Source of the DNA: Lytechinus pictus
Taxonomy: Eukaryota
DNA: 64,000 nucleotides
Assembly (NCBI RefSeq): GCF_037042905.1
Contig: NC_087251.1
Span: 15,688,001 to 15,752,000 of the forward strand
Reading direction: 5' to 3'
Shown here: positions 53,701 through 64,000 of the stretch, piece by piece
Numbering within the stretch: position 1 is the stretch's first letter
How the letters are laid out: the number at the start of each line of letters is the position of its first letter
The notes under the pieces: model-generated
What the model was told of the DNA's origin: nothing
What the model saw: only the letters and a program-made list of their open reading frames with translations
Databases searched by the model: none
Translations under genes and position numbers: made by a program

Positions 53701-55435
53701 CCCCTCCCACACCCACGTACACACACCCCAACGCCACTCGCCCACATATTGCGATGAAAATCGAGGACTCCCTTGAAAGGAAAGTAATTTCAATAACCGA
53801 AGATTTTTGTGTGAGAATGTGGTTAACCAAAGATCTTATTAATTTTTTAATACGCGACCAAAGACCTTATTGAATTTTAATTTGCGACCAAAGACATCTT
53901 TTATCATTGTGAATCAATGACCCATCTGTCCTCGGTTTGAAAGGGGCGTCCATGTGGAAGTCCTCGGTTGCCAAAATGAGCAAGTCAGCCCCCTCTCGCA
54001 CTGAAAACAACATCCACACATACCAGTACACACCACATGCACTCACACACCCATACAGACACCCCACACGCACACACACTCCCGCTCACACACGTATAAA
54101 ATACACATACTTACGCCTACATTCTACCTCGCTTGTAAACACTTAATTAATCAATAGATTTGTTAATCAGCTGACTAACTCACTTATCATACTTTGAGGA
54201 TACAATGCTGTGATGGGCAAAATAATAAATTATTCAGTCCAGGCCGTTTCCTGAAATAAATATCGAGATATCATTTTCATTCACTTTAATATTTTTCTGT
54301 TCCAAATTAAGAAATACAAATTAGCACTCACCATTTCTGTGTATCCAATGCCCTGATCATTGAGGATGTCGAAGAACTCAGTCTGCCAGTGAGGGGCTAC
54401 CATGACGTCAACAGGAATATCGACCAATCGAGGGTGCTTCCATATATCAACCTGACAATGGTATAAAATCAGGAATGTATATAAAAGTATGTCATATATG
54501 TTAGTTTGTCAATGTATTCCTTCTTTTAATTGACTTATTCAATCAGTGTCATTTCATGTAGAATTTTGATATGGAAGTATTTTTTGCACAATTTCACTTG
54601 CATAATAATATCATGAATGTGCCATTCTAAATGATTATTTTATACGAATAGTTATTCTATAATTTTTGGTGTATTCTGAATAATCATCTCACTTTATGGA
54701 TTTCTTTGATAATTATATTACTATATTTTCAGTGTATTATTCATACAACTTGAATGATTTGCACAAAATAAATTCAAAGAATATTATTACGAAAAAAAAT
54801 GAAATAATAAGGAAAGTAGAATGAGGGAAACTGATGAGGAAAGGGAGGTATAATATCATATTATTATGAATGGATAGCTAGCTACTTAACTAGATAGATA
54901 GGTGGATAGATGTAGAGCATAAACTTAAATGGCAAGAACTTTAATATCCAGCTACGGGAAATGGTAAGGAGAGAAGGGGCATGCCATTAGAAATTCACAT
55001 TGTCACCGGAATTGCACTATAATGTCCTGAATATTAGGCATATACTGGATATAAGAAACTCTCTGTCCTGTAATGACACTCAACTTGGCTCTCTATTCAG
55101 AGTTATTTCTTCATATTCTTAATGCCAATAAACGACTGTCTTAGACACTGCTGACAATCATTAAAATAATTACGATCATTTTCACAAGGAAATCATCCCC
55201 CTTTTACGTCTTTTAACAGATGCATTAACCGTAATTTCAAACCATTCGGGATTATGAATTCGTTGTAAACTACCATGATACCAAGCGCACTGCCAAATGT
55301 CATAACAATATGCAGGACCTGGAATGCACATTTTATATAAAATGGAAATGCGCCGTATACAGGATTTTTCTTCTAGACGGGCAAGAATAATGTTAAACAT
55401 TAACAAACACATATATACAAGAGAGAGAGAGAGAG

Positions 55436-55471
<36 letters not shown>

Positions 55472-57250
55472 AGAAAGATGGGGGGGGGGGAGAGGGAGAG
55501 AGTTTGGATAAAAATGCAACAGAAAAGAAGTTTGAAATATTGAAAATTTCGGGGGGGGGGGGGGTCCGAACCCTCTCCTTCCTGTTGCATACATCCAAAT
55601 GTCCATATAAAAGTACAGTCGTGATCGATTGACATATTTGTATATAATTTCGCTTGAAATTTCAAACGAATTTTAACGAATAGCCGAATTTCATGCATAT
55701 GCTACATTTCTATCCAGCTCCATCCCATTGTTTCTAATCAAGGTGAACCCGGGGGTGAAGCCAAGGATGACGTATTGCGCTTCTTTCATTTCATTTTTCC
55801 TCGCTACTTTCAAATGATTAAATGTGACGTGTAGCTTCTGGCAAAAGATAACTTTGAAATGAATGAAACGCATATCACCCAAAATATCAGAAATATATAG
55901 TTGAAAGCAATTTCAGAAGCTTCAAGCGGAATCGCCAAAAAAAAGAAAAATACCATAGTAATATAACTTTCTTAGGTATTTTACTTTCATATAAGACAGT
56001 AAGCTATTTAATGACAAAAATGATGAATATGTTTAATTTCAAAATGATGTTTACTACAGAGTAGAAATGTAATGTAATCCCCAAAACCAAACGACCCCCC
56101 AAAAATAAGAAAATAAAACGAAACAAATACAACGCCATTTTAAAATCAGAAATATGATACAAATAAACAATGTAAACTTTGTGAGATATCAGACACAAAG
56201 GTTATTGTCTCGATTCTGGAATTTAATGAGAAAAGGGAAATCCCCAGAATTGAAAAAGCACTGTAGGGCATTTTCCCTAGCACCATTTCCAAATTAACCA
56301 AAATCAATCGAGGTTTGTCGGTAGCTATAATTATGCTAATTATTTCTTTTCTTTTTACAATTAATTGTTTCCTGCTTTGTCATTGTTAATATAGCGGTAA
56401 AGATTTCTTTCTTGTAATCTAAAAGTTTTCTTAAAGTGTACTTCATCGCATTTGAAATAGCTGTTGTCGTTTTAATCCACGTTCAGGTAATTTTTTTCCG
56501 GGTGTATATAAGACGCCTTCAACTTCGAGATATTTTACATTAAACATGGACAATTATACTTGAAATTATGTTGATTCAATGAGGCCGGAATGGTTGTGGT
56601 CTTTGCAAAGTTATCGTTACACAACACTGTTTACAATATGGAATTTACAGACAAGTGTTTTCAATCTTAAACAAAGTTGAATTCTAATATTTAATTTTCA
56701 ATATTTCCATATAAAAATTATGTATGGTTGTTTAAAGTTCTGACCGCTTGTTCAAATTGTTAAAAACTACTGTAAATTTCACAGAGTAGACAGCGTTTTT
56801 ATATGGACAAGGTGAAATAAACTCTACTTCAGAAAATGTTACTCTTGTTTTGAACATGTTAAAGAATAATGAAATACTAGGAAAATATTTTTTATGAGGA
56901 GACGGGAGTGAGATTCTGGCTACAAAATGAGAAAATTATGAAAATTTGAAAAGTCACAGCAGCGAACCTCAGATTGGCAACGTTGCTTTATATGGCAAGT
57001 TTAGTAGTATGACAGTACAATTCTCAGTATGTTTCATTCACGAAATATGTTTTCTCCATCATAACGATGCTGCTTGTATTAGGTGAGCTCAACATCAGGT
57101 TTAGTCAAATATATCTTGAGCTGAGAAGGAGATAAGCTTCATCTTGAAAATGGATGTACGATACTTACCCTGTTCTCCCATACGTCTGCTAATGTTTTAA
57201 CCCATAAGAGATCTTCTTCGGTCTGTGGTGAAATACGGACGACTTTATAG
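38755..57250 (-). CDS. M14A zinc procarboxypeptidase (carboxypeptidase A/B-like), signal-peptide exon not located
   Basis: Exons 57250-57169, 54451-54332, 49082-48960, 48273-48172, 45758-45651, 44966-44856, 41585-41495, 40242-40025, 39277-39193, 38948-38755, all in frame. Prodomain YKVVRI...VDIWK..VDVMV. Catalytic domain GIHAREW, PVLNPDGY, RMWRKNR, GIDLNRN, CSETYRG, LDVHSYGQ, YPAAGASEDW, IELRD. Confidence 0.93.
40813..41030. mobile_element. CAC...GTG MITE with 2-bp TSD (TG)
   Basis: cacacttaaaatgttgggcaa / ttgcccaactattttaaaagtg, with tg on both sides. Confidence 0.6.
42117..43678. mobile_element. hAT-like non-autonomous element, 1562 bp, perfect 8-bp TSD
   Basis: TATTAGTC at 42109-42116 and 43679-43686. 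TIR CAGCGGCATAACAGG / CCTGTTACGCCACTG. Internal gcgagcgaagcgagc motifs. Confidence 0.88.
45845..46090 (+). mobile_element. Degenerate tRNA-derived SINE (second family)
   Basis: A-box-like tggtgcagttga and B-box gttcgaatcc (45899-45908), followed by aacccaggtgt and ggaatgctccca..gagtggagaa body motifs. Confidence 0.55.
47005..47572. mobile_element. TTAA-flanked MITE (Kolobok-like)
   Basis: TTAA at 47001-47004 and 47573-47576. Long imperfect inverted arms gttgatttgaataaa / tttattcaaatcaac and tttcatcaaaatcggatg / catccgattttgatgaaa. Confidence 0.8.
49200..49545. repeat. (CAT)n/(CAC)n trinucleotide low-complexity tract
   Basis: Directly visible. Explains the poly-Met/poly-Ile ORFs. Confidence 0.85.
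51813..52189. mobile_element. Palindromic MITE with ~15-bp periodic motifs (GGT...ACC termini, 8-9-bp TSD; MULE-like)
   Basis: Flanks attgccaa / attgccga. Periodic tcgtcta/tagacga motifs. Inverted copy at 61234-61641. Confidence 0.7.
55420..55502. repeat. (GA)n(GT)n microsatellite
   Basis: Directly visible. Confidence 0.85.
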
Positions 57251-60147
57251 CTGAAAAGAAACACAATGCGTCATAATACATATTTTCTTTCTTTGAAAAG
57301 GGGATTAGTAAAATAAAGGAAAATACAGCGAGTGCAAATCGTTAGCATGCAAAAGAAATTGTCTTTTTATCTATGCATGCACCTTCCACCCCTACAAATG
57401 AAAATTAGAAAAGTTCAAAATACTACATTAAAGTCAATATAAGAACCATATTAGATCAGTAATAAATTTAGAATAATTTTGGAAATTAAATAGATAGGAT
57501 GAGCTTACAGGTTATTCAGTATGTTCGTTTATTACCAAGACCGAGTATACTCCTTTGAACATACTTATTTTACTTTCTTCTTCGCTAATCATGCTAATTC
57601 TCTTCCATTTTCTTTATAACTCTAACAAAATCAGTGGTCTTCGGGTATTGCATCCCAAAAGAGTTACACTACAGAGAAAAAAGATAAGGAAAATGTGAGA
57701 AAGAAAAGGAAGAAAAATAAGAAAATGTGATACCATTCTTATAAGAACATTATCAGAATCTAGAATTTCAGTTCAAAAAGGACAAATTGTTGCTTGATCG
57801 CTTCGCCCTCTCGCGACTCTTACGTGCATTGAAGTGCCCCTCCAATTTTGTGATTATTTACGCCACTGAATCCAACTCCCTACTCTTCCCTATTTGTTAC
57901 TTCCTTGTCTTGTTTGGTCCCCCTCCAAGAGTTTCTATTTTATATTCTTCTATTTTTTTTCATGAAATACAGAATTAGTCGTGAGGTGTGATGTCAGTGT
58001 TTACTTCAACAAAGTTAACAAAATGAAAGCTGTATACATCCTGAATTCGAATAAAATAAATGAAGAAAACAAAATTCAACTAAAACAAAATTTAGTTCAT
58101 ACATCCAGGTGTAACATTATTAACAATATAATTTTCGCAGTATTTGAGGCGGGGGGGGGGCGGTGATTAAAAAAGAGTCGACAAAACAGAAATATTCCGA
58201 GATGAGACTAAATAACTATGAAAATATTAAGTTTGATAGCTAATAACAATCGTATGTGCGCAAAACAAGTTTAATCGCATGGGAACTATAAGGACCCTTA
58301 GGAAGATCATATCCCCTTACATACACCAAGATACTGGATTCTCTTGTTTTGGCCAATAGCAAAATGGTGCACTGGCGATCTTAACTGTTTATGCAATTTT
58401 TTATGATTTTTTTTTTCTTCGTCTTATATCCCGAGCTTTTCCCAGGGTTTTGAAAATTTCTTAAAGAATGAAAAAAAAAAAAAACCCGGGATAAATCAAG
58501 GGTTTGATAGAGTACAGTTTTCGTTGGAATCTCTAACATACTGTTTGTTTTATATTTTTCTATGTCAAAGATGTAATGAAAATGTGTTATTTGAAAAAAG
58601 CTAGCTTTTTCAATAAAACGACCAAAAGTGCATTTAAAACATGCAATTTCACAAGATTATAAAAGCTATATCGGGAAAGCTTTTACATCTTTATTATCAC
58701 TTTTGTTTCAATAATGATACAATTTTTATCTTACTGATATACCATGTATACGATATACTGTTATAATTATTTTTGTGTGTTATCATTGTATCATTCTAAG
58801 ACTAAATGCTCATGTCAAGTGAACGAAATTTATTAATAATTTCAATTCAATTCAACTTTTATCTTTGAAAAGCCCGTTTGTTATATATTTTTGTAGTCTA
58901 ACATAATCTTGAGGATTGATCTATAGTTTAGTCTAAAGATAATTATATCACCCAAGAATTCATTCCCATCCATACTATAATATTGCGGCTCGGTGAATTG
59001 GTGGGTTCTTTCTTAAATACGCCTCTACAATCCTAAAAGGTGTTTTCTCGAGGGATATTAAACACATTTTCCTTCCTTCTAATACGAACCTCACTTAATT
59101 CTGTAAAGATAATAAACACATCTTCCTATTTTCCCCGCCTGTTTTTGTCGTCATTCGATATCGTCTGATATCTTAGACCGTCTGCGTATACAGCACAGGA
59201 AAGGGTAATAAGGCAATCATATTGAGGGGGCTGGGTCATTCAGATACACATATATTCGGAGAAATTTTCACGTGAGTCAAAAATAGATGTTTGAATCAAA
59301 GATTAATTTTGTGATACATCTGCCGTAGTGTAAAAGTCAAGTCAGCCGGATTCGAACGGATATTCGATGAAAATAAAGATGTGGAAAAACACAATACAAT
59401 CACTTTGCAAATGAGTGAAAAGTCCGCCTGTCTGCATGTCGGTGGTGGATGATGTTAGGATGATAGTGAGTGGGAATATTTACATAGTGATCACGTGTTT
59501 TGTGTTTTTGTATCATTCTCTTTTGTTTTCCCTCGCTATATTTTCATCTGTATTCTTGCTCCTTTCCAATTCACTAAGTCAGGGTTATGTCCCCTGTTAC
59601 CCTGGATAGCTAAGCAAATGCTGCAGATATCAAGGCGTGGCGAGAAAGATACGTGCAGCCGGCATGACTCGTTGTCATAGCAACGGCTCATCTTAGATGT
59701 ACGTAATTTTTAATAGATTACCAGAATAGAGATCAACACATAACGACTTTCCTTTTAGGGTTAGTGCATTCGAACCTAGACCCTCCCGTTTCGAGGCTCA
59801 AATGTTTTGAGGGCGATAGATTTTAGGCGAGAAAGGGCAATGTGTGTTAACGCCAGGGGGTGTTGTATCAAATTTGTCAGCACATACTAAATCATGGTCA
59901 GTGCTGACTATTTCAGTTAAATCCTAGGTTTTGACTGTTGCTAAGGTAACTGTCGGAGAAAGACAACTTGTCAGTGCTGACAACTTTCATGAAACGGACC
60001 CCCGATCATTTCAATGTCTATACACAACCAGATTCCGAAAATAATGCAGACCGCTTAAGTCAAGGTTATTTAACTACTGACAGGCAGCTTAAAGTTCAAA
60101 ATAATTTTAAAGACGCGGGCCAACTTTGTCATGCAAAAGTATCATAA

Positions 60148-61041
60148 AGGGATGCTCCGGGCTGAAAATAATATGATTCAAACAGATAAAGAAAAATCAG
60201 ACAAACAAAAACCTGAAAAATTGATCAAAATCGGACAATGAATAACAAAGTTATGGCATTTTAAAGATTTGCATTATTCCGATGAAACAGTTCTGGGCAT
60301 GTGTTCATGAATATGAAATGAGCAAATATTGATGATGTCATATCCCCACTTGTTCTTTTGTATTTTATTATATGAATTAAGGTTTATTCAAAAATTTTCT
60401 GCCAAGAACTGAAAAAATTGGATTGACAACTGATTAGTGCATTTGATATTAATTGCTGCAACTTATTTCATTATAGAGGAGACACATTATTCACACATGT
60501 ATGAAACAATGAAAGAATTATGATTTCATGTAATTACATAAGAAAAAGTAAAGTGGGGATGTGACATCATCAGCCGACCTAATGAATATTCATGATGATG
60601 TGCATATAACTACACTGTTAAAAAACCCTGATATTACAGAAAAAAGAAGATTTTGCAGAAAGCAATAACAGAATCATTCTGTAAATTCATAAAACAGGAA
60701 TTTTCTTCAATTTAACAGAACAGTTCTGTTTAAAAAGGGTGTTTTATTTAAGGAAATTTGTAAGGTTCCATATACCACATACCAATTTCCTATAATTTTA
60801 CATGATATAATGTAAGATTACGCAATCTGGTAAGTTTACAGGTGTTCTCGAGACTCTGCTGCAGGAACTTCTTTTATTTAAAGGATACATTTTCTAACAG
60901 TGTATTGTCACAAAATAATGCTAAACTTTATTCAATAACTTCATTATTTGTTATCCGATTTTGATGAAATTTTCAGCACTTTGCTCTGTGAATTTTACTC
61001 TATTTATTGAGATATGAATATTTTCAGCCCGGAATATCCCT
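60148..61041. mobile_element. Kolobok-like MITE carrying a nested insertion
   Basis: TIR agggatgctccgggctgaaaata / tattttcagcccggaatatccct, flanks ataa/taaa (degenerate TTAA). Interior related to 47005-47572. Confidence 0.75.
60613..60902. mobile_element. CACTGTTA...TAACAGTG MITE with TA TSD, nested
   Basis: ta|cactgttaaaaa ... tttctaacagtg|ta. Confidence 0.7.
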
Positions 61042-61233
61042 TAAAAAAGCCTGATGTAACAGAGGGGTACATGTATACTCTTTGGTAAGAAATAACAAAA
61101 AATGACGAATAGCCGGAAGCCGTTGACTATCTTAAAAGAGAAGAGTAGTTTCACCAAACACCGTTTACCAGGGAGCACCCAGCGGGCAGACCGCGTTGGC
61201 TGTACAATCCACCAATTTACAATATATGGAGGC

Positions 61234-61641
61234 GGTAAAATGCCAATTCGGTCACTGCTAACCCGTCCACTCACCACATGGTCTACCTTCATTTAGTCTA
61301 ATGCCATTCTGTCCATCAACATTTCGTCTAGCAACCATTTGGTCGAATAACCATTTGGTCCAATCATCACTTCGTTTAATCTCCAGTTTTTCTATGACCA
61401 TTTCGTCTCATAACCAGTTGGTCTAATATTCGTTTTATTTTCATTCATTTTGCCCATTTTTGTCTAATTAGACCAAATGGCATATGGATTAAATGACTAT
61501 TGGACCAACTGGTTATTAGACAAATGATGAGTGGGCGAAAATTAGACCATGTACATATTGGACGAACTGACAGTAGACCAAAATGATAGTAGACAAGTTG
61601 GCGATTGGACGAATTGGCATTGGACCAAACGAAAATAAACC
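61234..61641. mobile_element. Palindromic periodic MITE (second copy, inverted relative to 51813-52189)
   Basis: Termini ggtaaaatgcc ... aaataaacc. Flanks tatggaggc / tatggagat (7/9 match). Confidence 0.7.
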
Positions 61642-64000
61642 TATGGAGATCATAAATTATATGGAGGAAGAATTACTTAGAGTTATAAAGCTTTGACCAT
61701 TCCCTTCTGTCATTAAATGATTGTAATTTACTATTGAATTTAGAGCTGAATCAGTAAATTTTATTTTCAATCATGGACAAAGTTACTTACTGCATGCCTT
61801 CAAGGTGAATGAGTGACTCACATCATTTTTTTATTCTTAAAAACACTTGTTAAAATGCTCACTCTTTATATACATATATATAGAGTATCGGGCCTCCTTG
61901 GTGATTGTTAGTACCTCAGTCACACATACATCATCAGAGTCGCTATCCAACCCAATTATAAATTTGACCGCTACCAATCGTGCAGATAATGGGTATAATA
62001 AGGACACACCCTAGCCAACCAGGGAATCGGGATAAGGGAGGGGGGGGGGGAGGGGGGGTGGTTCCTACTCCTAAACTTACTTCTGAATAGACAAGCCCTA
62101 GACAAGCCCATTGCCAATTTCTTTTCAGATTTTCATTATTGATTGCAAGGCAAGAGAGGTACAGGGACGATTGCCAAATCCCCCCCTAAAAAAACCCATT
62201 ATAAATTGTGTCAGAGGATCCGAGGGAGGAACCTCATGAAACAAAGTTAATTATTGATCATTTTAATCTCGATATACTGTCTGGCAAGTATACAGTAAGC
62301 GATTATCCATATTTTCAATGCGCTGGCCTCCTTTTCATGTTGATATATTACTTATCAAGCCAAACCCCCAAATATGTCATCCTGTTAATTACTTATCAAA
62401 TGACTTTTGTTAGCAATCAATGGACACTTTGTCATCGTGGCTTAAAGACAGTCTAAAAACTGAAACGATCACCGTGACTGTATCTATTGATTTCCATGAA
62501 TACACGCACAGATACACGACGTCATACTAAGTGTTTTCTGTCAGTTTAATTTCGAATACATGCTAACATCTACCCTCTAAAAATCGACCTGATCGGTTAT
62601 AAGATCTTCAGAAACATATTTCGACTTTGAAGCTATTCTATCAAACTTAAAAAAAAATGACGAAACACCCCGAGTTAGCAAGTGCGTCATCTTTGTTATT
62701 CGTGGTCATACAAGTGCATTTATAAAATATCTAGATCCATTACGGAGTTTCCCCTTTTCTTTTCATAAATAGAGATAAACATAAACAAGGATTATTTGAT
62801 ATTCAAATTATGTAGACTGTATGAGGCGTTCATTCCGTTTCAAGTTCTTTGTTTATTTGTCTAGAAAAATTACGATATCTGTCAATGTTTGGATAACTTT
62901 GTTTTTTGTTGTCGCGATCGCTTTGGATTATTTTTTCGAATATTTTCGTTTTTATGATGGAGGGTATGGAAATTGTAGTGTAACAATAAACTTTTTTTTC
63001 TTCGAATATCCTCGCTGCTTAAAATATAAAGGGGTAAATAATCAATGCTTAAGAAACTAGGAAATCTGCGGGGGGGGGGGCACATCACCTCCCCCACATC
63101 ATGATACCTAGATATGGTGATAGGCCTAAATAACTAGCTATGCCGCTGAAATAAACAATTAAACCATAATTTTATATCTTTATATGAATCGAATTCCATT
63201 AGTACCAATTTCCATAGGTATCGGCTGCCTCGATTTAAGTTTATCCATTTTTTCATTTCTAATTTCATCTGGCTGAAACGCATAAATCTAAATTCAATAA
63301 ATCTATATTGATAACCCTTTTTCGAATATCGCGACATATATGCAAATATTATTTATCCTTCGGTTTCCTTAGAATAGCAGCACGAGATGATAGTTAGATT
63401 GAACTGTTATATCCAGCATTAATTTGTCATGAATAAAACATGATTCGGACGACCTACATTATGCGACGTCAAACCTGTCAATTCAAGTGTGCTTTATGTC
63501 AGTTTAAGTTAAAAAAAAAAAAAAAAACAACATGTTAACAATCTCGAGCGAAATGAGAATGGTTCATCACATGACAGATAAACTTTATCCTTAATAATTC
63601 ATCGCCATACTAGACTGCGTTAAAGGATATCATTGGAGATTGACAAATTTTGTCAATTTTGTTCCATTCCAGGTAGAATGAAACAGTTAACCGACTGAAA
63701 GCAAAACTAGGCATATTCTAGAAAATAACTTGGAAAGAAAAGATTTATTCTACATTCTACGCTGCAAAGCCAAGGTCTTAAATGTAAGAGATTTACACAA
63801 AATGATTCAGTTAAAAAATTTGCGAAATAGTTGCTGTACAGGTATGCATAAGCAAAAATTATAGACTGTCATCATATTGGTTGACTTGATTGATAACACA
63901 GTGATTATATAATTTTGCTGTTAAAACATGAATAGGCGAATGGGTGCAATTGAAAATCTAATACCTGAATTAAAAATCAGATGGTTAATTATTTTTTAAC

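Noticed and set aside
58318..58380. FAIGQNKRIQYLG-encoding stretch as carboxypeptidase exon 1
   Set aside because: Donor phase is incompatible, and there is no Met or hydrophobic signal peptide.
59730..59810. B-box-like ggttcgaatg on the minus strand
   Set aside because: Too degenerate to call; at most a SINE fragment.
61789..61795. ATG-CA|GTAAGT (minus) as first carboxypeptidase exon
   Set aside because: The phase fits exon 57250, but it would give no signal peptide and there is no other support.

Overview
This is AT-rich, intron-rich animal genomic DNA. The repeat landscape (tRNA-derived SINEs, TTAA-flanked and GCGAAGC-motif MITEs) resembles sea urchin, but the taxon is my inference only. 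I reconstructed four host genes by hand with consistent GT-AG sites and phases: the 3' 11 exons of COG2 (+); SAYSD1 (-, 2 exons) head-to-head with TASP1/Taspase1 (+, 10 exons, 377 aa); and an M14A procarboxypeptidase (-, 10 exons found, signal-peptide exon not found) with an RRKR proprotein-convertase site and Glu at S1' position 255. The most notable object is in TASP1 intron 7: a 3.8-kb TA-flanked pogo-superfamily DNA transposon (25015-28809). It encodes an apparently intact, spliced 593-aa HTH/CENP-B + DD35D transposase with a C-terminal variant PHD finger and has unusual asymmetric TGG-ended TIRs. It sits in one copy of a tandemly duplicated, decayed gag-like fragment, and the other copy preserves the empty site. 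Two ~2.2-kb GGG-ended, 4-bp-TSD (Sola2-like) non-autonomous elements share a polarised internal motif-array architecture. Many MITEs and several palindromes fill the introns. There is no CRISPR array, rRNA or genuine tRNA. All family assignments come from motif recognition, not database searches.
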